Shown in pieces: positions 58,686-64,000 of a stretch of DNA of 64,000 nt (position 1 is the stretch's first letter; the number at the start of each line of letters is the position of its first letter). Below the pieces are notes generated by a model. It was not told where the DNA came from, did no database searches, and saw only the letters and a program-made list of their open reading frames with translations. Made by a program: the position numbers and the translations under genes. The stretch comes from Chloroflexota bacterium (GTDB lineage Bacteria > Chloroflexota > UBA6077 > FW602-bin22 > CADDYW01), in assembly GCA_021324795.1 (NCBI GenBank), contig JAJPIK010000084.1, positions 15,892 to 79,891 on the forward strand, written 5' to 3'.

Positions 58686-59690
58686 TTATTCCCGCGGCAC
58701 TGGTGCCTCGGCCGGTAACAAATCTTCCGCCCGCAATTCCTGCCAGAGATCCGGCGGAATCGGGAATCGGAACATGCGCTCATTCTCTTCGATCTCTCGT
58801 GGCGAACGAACGCCGGTCAGCACGGTGGCGATCGCCGGGTGACCAAGTGGGAATTGAATTGCCGCGGCCATGAGTGGGACGCCATGACGGTCGCAGACTT
58901 GCTTGAGGCGCTGGGCACGCTCGACCCACTGAGCGTCGGCCGGGCGATAGTTGAACGTCGCGCCGGGCTTGGGATCGGTCAGAATTCCGCTGTTGTAGAC
59001 ACCGCCAATAATGATCGAGATCTTCTTTTGGACGCAGAGCGGCAAGAGATCCCGCAGCGCGGCCTGGTCGAGCAGGGTATAGCGGCCGGCCATGAGGAAG
59101 CAGTCCATGTCGGCCTCGCGGGCAAAGCGAGCGAGCATCTCGGCCTGGTTCATGCCCGCCCCGATCGCCGAGACGACGCCTTCCCGGCGCAGCTTAGCAA
59201 GCGCAACGTAAGCGCCCGCCATCGCTTCCTCGAAATAATCGTCCGGGTCGTGGATCAGCAGAACGTCGACCCGGTCGAGGCCCAGGCGCCGCAGGCTTTC
59301 CTCGATCGAGCGCATCGTCGCGTCGTAGCTGAAATCGAAGGTCGGGTAGAGCGGTGGCGCACCGACGAAGGGGCTCGAGCCGATTGAGTAGCGTCGCGGA
59401 TCTGCCGGAGGCTCGCTCAGCAGCAAGCGCCCAACCTTGGTGGCGACAACGAGCTGATTACGGGGAAATTCTCGGAGAACGTAGCCCAGGCGCTGCTCAG
59501 CGACGCCGTGGCCGTAGAGCGGTGCGGTGTCATAGTAGCGAACGCCGAGCGCGTGAGCGCGGCGCAAGGTTGCGTAAGCCGTTTCCTCGTCCACCGCCGC
59601 GAACATGCCGCCAATCGGGACCGTTCCAACGCCAAGACGGGTGACACTGAGTCGGGTATTGCCAAGGGGAATACGTTGTGTGGGATCCAT
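58686..59690 (-). CDS. Aldo/keto reductase
   Basis: The catalytic set is visible: D and Y in YYDTAPLYGHG, K in VATKVG, and H in LLIHDPD. Confidence 0.88.
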   Translation of the reverse strand: MDPTQRIPLGNTRLSVTRLGVGTVPIGGMFAAVDEETAYATLRRAHALGVRYYDTAPLYGHGVAEQRLGYVLREFPRNQLVVATKVGRLLLSEPPADPRRYSIGSSPFVGAPPLYPTFDFSYDATMRSIEESLRRLGLDRVDVLLIHDPDDYFEEAMAGAYVALAKLRREGVVSAIGAGMNQAEMLARFAREADMDCFLMAGRYTLLDQAALRDLLPLCVQKKISIIIGGVYNSGILTDPKPGATFNYRPADAQWVERAQRLKQVCDRHGVPLMAAAIQFPLGHPAIATVLTGVRSPREIEENERMFRFPIPPDLWQELRAEDLLPAEAPVPRE

Positions 59691-59699
59691 TGCGCGGTC

Positions 59700-60374
59700 C
59701 TAATCCTTACTAAGGTGAGCAAGCACGTGGTCAGAAAGCTCGACGATGTGCCGCTCGATCTCGACCTCGGCCCCGTCGACATCGCGTGCCTGCAGCGCCG
59801 CGAGCACCGTACGATGGCGACTAGCGATCTCCGAAAGAGTGTAATCCATCGCCTTGATACCGGTGAGCAGGGTCCAGCAATGTGGATTGAGGCTTTCCCA
59901 AAGCTGAACGAGGCGACTGCTGCCCGACGCCTGGCAGATCCGCGCGTGAAACTGCACGTCAGCGGCGATCAGCCCGGGCAAATCGTCCGCGGCCGCGCAA
60001 GCATCCATCCGATCGATCAGATTGGCCAGATCGACCAGATCTTCGTCAGTGATGCGCGCCGCGGCTCGCCGGGCAGCGTACTTTTCCAAATGAGCGCGAA
60101 GGAGATAGACATCACGGACCTCGTCATGGGAAAGCTTCTTGACGACGGTACCCCGTCGCGGGAGATATTCGAGCAAGCCATCTTGCTCGAGTTTGCGGAT
60201 TGCCTCGCGGATGGGCGCTCGGCTGATCGCCATCTGCCGGGCGATCTCTGCCTCGACAATGCGATCACCGGGCGCCAGGCGGCCGTCGATGATCGCATCG
60301 CGCAAGGCAAGATAGGCATCCTCATAGAGAGGACGATACGGGCCCACCGGTGAAACGATTGTACGCATGCTCAC
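59700..60374 (-). CDS. GntR-family regulator with an FCD ligand-binding domain
   Basis: wHTH EAEIARQMAISRAPIREAIRKLEQDGLLEYLPRRGTVV followed by an all-helical FCD-like C-terminal domain. Confidence 0.85.
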   Translation of the reverse strand: MSMRTIVSPVGPYRPLYEDAYLALRDAIIDGRLAPGDRIVEAEIARQMAISRAPIREAIRKLEQDGLLEYLPRRGTVVKKLSHDEVRDVYLLRAHLEKYAARRAAARITDEDLVDLANLIDRMDACAAADDLPGLIAADVQFHARICQASGSSRLVQLWESLNPHCWTLLTGIKAMDYTLSEIASRHRTVLAALQARDVDGAEVEIERHIVELSDHVLAHLSKD

Positions 60375-60517
60375 ATTGGCTCACCTTCTTGCATGGTTTC
60401 GACGATTGCGTTCTGCCGACAGCCAGCAGACTACCACGAGGCTATCGCGGATGTCAAATAGAGCGACTGATTCTTCGTTGAGACCCAGAACGACGTGGTC
60501 GCTTGTACATCATCGAT

Positions 60518-60532
60518 AGTCAAAATTTGACT
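60518..60532. promoter_or_regulatory. Palindrome AGTCAAA-A-TTTGACT (candidate GntR/FCD operator)
   Basis: Perfect 7-bp arms around a single central base, in the divergent region between the regulator and the TIM-barrel/ABC genes. Confidence 0.45.
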
Positions 60533-60665
60533 GCCCAATATCTCAACGATTGAAAACTGCCGACAGCTACTTGACGACGCTCTGCGAGCATTCTATCCTA
60601 GCAAACACCCGTGAACCTAGTCGAACTGATTCTCGCGCGAAAACGCGCGAATAGATGAGGGTGCC

Positions 60666-61595
60666 GTGAAGCTTGGCGTCATGGGATCTCAGTTCATCCG
60701 CGAGGCAACGAAGCAACGCTTTTATCCTTCGGGTCGCCCGGTTCGGGATACGACCGGCCGTCCAGTTCAATTCTTCACCCACCATCCCCAGCCACGCGTG
60801 GATGCCGAGGATCCACTGGGTTCGTTGATCCTCCTGGCTCGTGATCTCGACCTCGACGCAGTCGAGTTTAGTCTTCGCTCCTACCTGGCACCGGCCGAGC
60901 TGACGCGCATCGGCAATCTCTTGGCCAAGCACGGTGTTATCCTTGCCACCGGCTACGGCGACGATTGGTCGGCTCCCAAGCGTCCTCCCGAGGAGTTCCG
61001 AGCCTACGTCCAGGCCGCGAAGCAGCTTGGCGTCAACGTCGTCCACGTCGGCGGCATGCCCTTCTCGATCAACCGCTTCGTCGACGATCCATCGTTCCCG
61101 CGCCAGATGGAGCTGATTCGCTCGGCGCTTCGTCCACTTGTCGAGATCGCCGAGGCCGAAGGGATCATCTTGACGATTGAGAACCATGCCGACTACCGCT
61201 GCGACGAACTGCTCGAGCACGTGATTCAGCCACTCGGCTCGCGGCGACTCGGGTTCAAGCTCGATACTGGCAACTGTCCACTGGTGATCGACGAGCCAGT
61301 TGCCGCGGCGCGCGTCGTCGCTCCCCTTTGCTACGACACCCACTTCAAAGATATGCACGTCATGCCGGTCACCCCGGACGGTGGCAAGATCGTCGGAGCA
61401 CCGCTTGGTCGAGGCAGTTGCCAATTGGACCAGGTAGCCCGTATCCTGGCCGAAAATGCTCCGGCTCCCGATAACCTGTTGCTATCGATTGAGATCGGCT
61501 GGATGCCGCCGAACGAGGATTATTTCCAGTGGCTGCACGAGTCGATCGCCTGGTGTCGACGCGAGCTTGCCCCTTACCTGATACGCTCGCGCTGA
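60666..61595 (+). CDS. Xylose-isomerase-like TIM-barrel protein (sugar phosphate isomerase/epimerase family)
   Basis: ILTIENHADY and KLDTGN. The GTG follows GAGGG. The antisense ORF 60567..61424 is rejected. Confidence 0.78.
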   Translation: MKLGVMGSQFIREATKQRFYPSGRPVRDTTGRPVQFFTHHPQPRVDAEDPLGSLILLARDLDLDAVEFSLRSYLAPAELTRIGNLLAKHGVILATGYGDDWSAPKRPPEEFRAYVQAAKQLGVNVVHVGGMPFSINRFVDDPSFPRQMELIRSALRPLVEIAEAEGIILTIENHADYRCDELLEHVIQPLGSRRLGFKLDTGNCPLVIDEPVAAARVVAPLCYDTHFKDMHVMPVTPDGGKIVGAPLGRGSCQLDQVARILAENAPAPDNLLLSIEIGWMPPNEDYFQWLHESIAWCRRELAPYLIRSR

Positions 61596-61620
61596 ATAGA
61601 GAGATTGGGAGGAGAACCCC

Positions 61621-63282
61621 GTGAAAAGCGTTAGGCACGCCATCAGTCGTCGAACATTACTGCGCCAGGTGGCTCCGGCCGGGGCACTGTTAGTTGGAGG
61701 GGTGCTGCTTCAAGCCTGTGGAGGAAGCAATAGCAACTCCAACCCGGCTCCGACCCCGCAGCCGACTGAGCCAGTCAAGCAAACCGGTGCGCTGCCGACC
61801 ACCGTGCCGGTCTCGACGCCAACCGGCGTCCCGGTCGCCGCGCCACCGACGTCGGCTCCCGCCGCGACGCCCGCGGCCGGATCGTCAACCGCAGTTCCCG
61901 CCTCGGCCACCCCGGTAGGCAAAGTCGCCGGTGACCTCCAGATCTGGGTCGGCACAAACTATCAGCCCTCGGCCAGCATGGAAAAGTCAGCGCAGAACCT
62001 GCAGCCGCACAACGCAGTGGTTCGGGTCGGCGACGCCTATAAGAAGCTGCATCCAGAAGTTGGCAAGCTCGACTTCGTCGTGGTTCCCACCACGACCGAC
62101 GCGCGGCTGTGGACGGAAACCGCTCAAGCAGGTGGAACGATTCCTCACATCTCTTGGCAACACTCGTTTCAGATCGACGACGACGTCCACAAGAACTGGT
62201 GGGTGCCCCTGGATCCGTTCGTCGCCCAACCAAACCACTACATCAAGGCCGGTGATCCCGGTAGCAAGGTCTGGATCGAGGAGTTCTATGAAATTCCAAC
62301 GAGTACGAAGCGCTCAATCGACGGCCATCTGTATGTGATTCCCTACGACCTGATCACCACGTTTTACTACTACAACAAGGACCTCTTCAAGAAGGCGGGC
62401 TTAGATCCAGAAGCGGCGCCGAAGACCTGGGCAGAGTTCGAGAAAATTCAGCAGACGCTGAAAGACAAGGGAATTGGCCCAACCGGTCACACGTCCTGGT
62501 GGTCAGATACCCAGGTTGCCCAGATGGTCTTCAGCAGCATCGCTGACAAGGTTCACCCGGGCGGCGGGCCGGTCCTGCGCAAGGAAGTCGAATGCGCAAT
62601 CAAGAATGGCATCTGGGATTACAACACGCCGATGGCGGCCGACTACTTACGGATTCTGAAGGCGGAGGTTCCATTCTCGGATCCCGACTGGGCCTCGACC
62701 GCACTCACCGCCGATGCTTGGCGTCAGAAGTTTATGACCCAGCAGGACGCGATCATGGAAGATCACACCCAGCTCGTCGGTCTGCTGCAGTCTGACCCCC
62801 AGCTCGGCTTCCAATGGGGGGCCTTCTCCTGCCCAACCATCACCAAAGAGACGAGTCAATTTTCGACCGGTCGCCCCGCACCGCCGATCGGGGGTGCGAC
62901 CTCGACCCAGTTGGCAATCACGACCCGGGCAGTGAAAGAAGAGCGCGAGGCGCTCGCGGTCGACTTCCTGATGTACTTCTGCACGCCGGAGAACGCAGCC
63001 CTGGTGATTGGCGAGCTGAACAACCGCTTGCCGAACATCAAGGGCGTGAACGTCGCCGAGGATCTGAAAGGCCCGCTCAACGCCATCGCCAACGGTTACG
63101 GCGAGGCGGCGATGTTCGTCTACGGCGACAAGGTGAGCCGCGAGACCGACCAAAAGCGCGCCGACGCAATCAAGCTGATGCGACTTGGCAAAGCGGACAT
63201 CCCGACGACTCAGAAGACGATCCAGGATCTCCAGATGCAAGGTGCTCTCGCCGACATCAAGCAGAATAACTGGTCTTGCTAA
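61621..63282 (+). CDS. Sugar ABC transporter substrate-binding lipoprotein (family 1)
   Basis: Tat-like SRRTLLRQ, lipobox LQAC, a Pro/Thr/Ala linker and an SBP_bac_1-like body. The GTG follows GGGAGGAG. Confidence 0.85.
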   Translation: MKSVRHAISRRTLLRQVAPAGALLVGGVLLQACGGSNSNSNPAPTPQPTEPVKQTGALPTTVPVSTPTGVPVAAPPTSAPAATPAAGSSTAVPASATPVGKVAGDLQIWVGTNYQPSASMEKSAQNLQPHNAVVRVGDAYKKLHPEVGKLDFVVVPTTTDARLWTETAQAGGTIPHISWQHSFQIDDDVHKNWWVPLDPFVAQPNHYIKAGDPGSKVWIEEFYEIPTSTKRSIDGHLYVIPYDLITTFYYYNKDLFKKAGLDPEAAPKTWAEFEKIQQTLKDKGIGPTGHTSWWSDTQVAQMVFSSIADKVHPGGGPVLRKEVECAIKNGIWDYNTPMAADYLRILKAEVPFSDPDWASTALTADAWRQKFMTQQDAIMEDHTQLVGLLQSDPQLGFQWGAFSCPTITKETSQFSTGRPAPPIGGATSTQLAITTRAVKEEREALAVDFLMYFCTPENAALVIGELNNRLPNIKGVNVAEDLKGPLNAIANGYGEAAMFVYGDKVSRETDQKRADAIKLMRLGKADIPTTQKTIQDLQMQGALADIKQNNWSC

Positions 63283-64000
63283 TGGCCGCAGCGGTTGCTC
63301 GTCCGAGGACAACCCGGGCAGCACGACGCACCTTCTGGGAAGAGGTGCGTCGTGCCTTACCGCTTTACCTGCTGATCTCGCCAACGTTCATCCTTTTGGG
63401 GATCTTCAATTACTACCCCGCGTTCATGGCGCTCTATCGCTCTCTTTTTTCCTGGGATATCGGCGGCGAAGCCACCTACATCGGCTTGCAGAACTTCGTG
63501 ACGATGGCCAACGATCAGGTCTTCCGCCTCTCGCTCTGGAACGTCTTCCAGATGACGCTGGCCGCCGTGGTCATCGTTTTGACCGTACCGGTCTTCGTCG
63601 CCGAGGCGATCTATCGTCTCGGCAGCCAACGAGCTCAATACTGGTACCGCATCCTGGTGATCTTCCCAGTCGTCATTCCCGGCGTCGTGCACATTCTGAT
63701 CTGGCAGTTTTTCTACGAATCCCGCCTGGGGCTCGTCAATCAACTGTTGCGCCTGATCGGCTTTAGCGGCGCGGCCATCTCCTGGCTTGGAAATCCGGAC
63801 GTCGTCGTCTACGCGATTATCTTCAGTCATTTTCCCTTCGTTGGCGGCGTGACCGTTTTAATCTATCTCGCTGGATTGCAGGCGATTCCCAACGAGATTC
63901 GCGACGCCGCCGAGGTCGACGGCGCGACCGGCTGGACCCAGGTCCGGACGATCGATCTCGCCTATCTCGCTGGTCAGATCAAGCTAGTGGTGGTGCTCGC
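63282..64000 (+). CDS. Sugar ABC transporter permease (MalF-like), 3' end beyond the window
   Basis: Translated by hand. The ATG overlaps the upstream TAA (TAATG) and the frame stays open to base 64000. EAA loop LAGLQAIPNEIRDAAEVDGATGW. Absent from the ORF track because it has no stop codon in the window. Confidence 0.85.
   Translation, partial: MAAAVARPRTTRAARRTFWEEVRRALPLYLLISPTFILLGIFNYYPAFMALYRSLFSWDIGGEATYIGLQNFVTMANDQVFRLSLWNVFQMTLAAVVIVLTVPVFVAEAIYRLGSQRAQYWYRILVIFPVVIPGVVHILIWQFFYESRLGLVNQLLRLIGFSGAAISWLGNPDVVVYAIIFSHFPFVGGVTVLIYLAGLQAIPNEIRDAAEVDGATGWTQVRTIDLAYLAGQIKLVVVL

Overview
Densely coding bacterial chromosomal segment of roughly 60% G+C by eye, with genes on both strands. 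I could not recognise any rRNA, tRNA, CRISPR array, transposase, integrase or phage gene. GTG and TTG starts are frequent, and many adjacent genes overlap by 4 nt (ATGA or GTGA). Lipoprotein-type solute-binding proteins carry long Pro/Thr/Ala linkers. Together these suggest a high-GC monoderm-like lineage (Chloroflexota- or Actinomycetota-like), but that is a guess I cannot verify here.

Content in order:
- A CBS-domain gene cut by the window edge, then ilvD.
- A Fur-family regulator followed by a tightly coupled cluster-9 metal ABC importer (binding protein, ATPase, permease).
- A Cys-type sulfatase and a Gfo/Idh/MocA oxidoreductase.
- A secreted CBM-like protein, a SnoaL-like protein and a large P-loop NTPase-HTH regulator.
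- glk-zwf-HAD-pgi.
- A 605-nt GC-rich region with no assignable gene, two small convergent genes, then ileS.
- A stretch of gene remnants around a TauE/TSUP permease.
- A Dpp/Opp-type ABC importer interleaved with glycan-type enzymes.
- A 16-kb sugar/sugar-acid island: uxuA-like gene, two 2-hydroxyacid dehydrogenases, an enolase-superfamily enzyme, an AraR-type regulator, an unknown 431-aa enzyme, Ldh_2, a CUT1-type transporter, a cupin and an SDR.
- An envelope-glycosylation-like cluster: GH-like secreted protein, NAD epimerase, DUF2064, GT2, membrane-anchored Moco oxidoreductase, DUF2079.
- A GntR/FCD-controlled aldo/keto reductase locus and the start of another sugar ABC locus.

I did not find a clear-cut new multi-gene system such as a defence or mobile system. 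The best leads are:
- the unassigned hairpin-rich region at 17836..18440;
- the AraR-type regulon headed by an uncharacterised enzyme;
- a dodecapeptide shared by two unrelated secreted proteins;
- a short palindromic repeat family;
- at least five gene remnants, plus an SDR that has lost its catalytic Tyr.

All functional calls come from motif recognition by eye. No database search was run.
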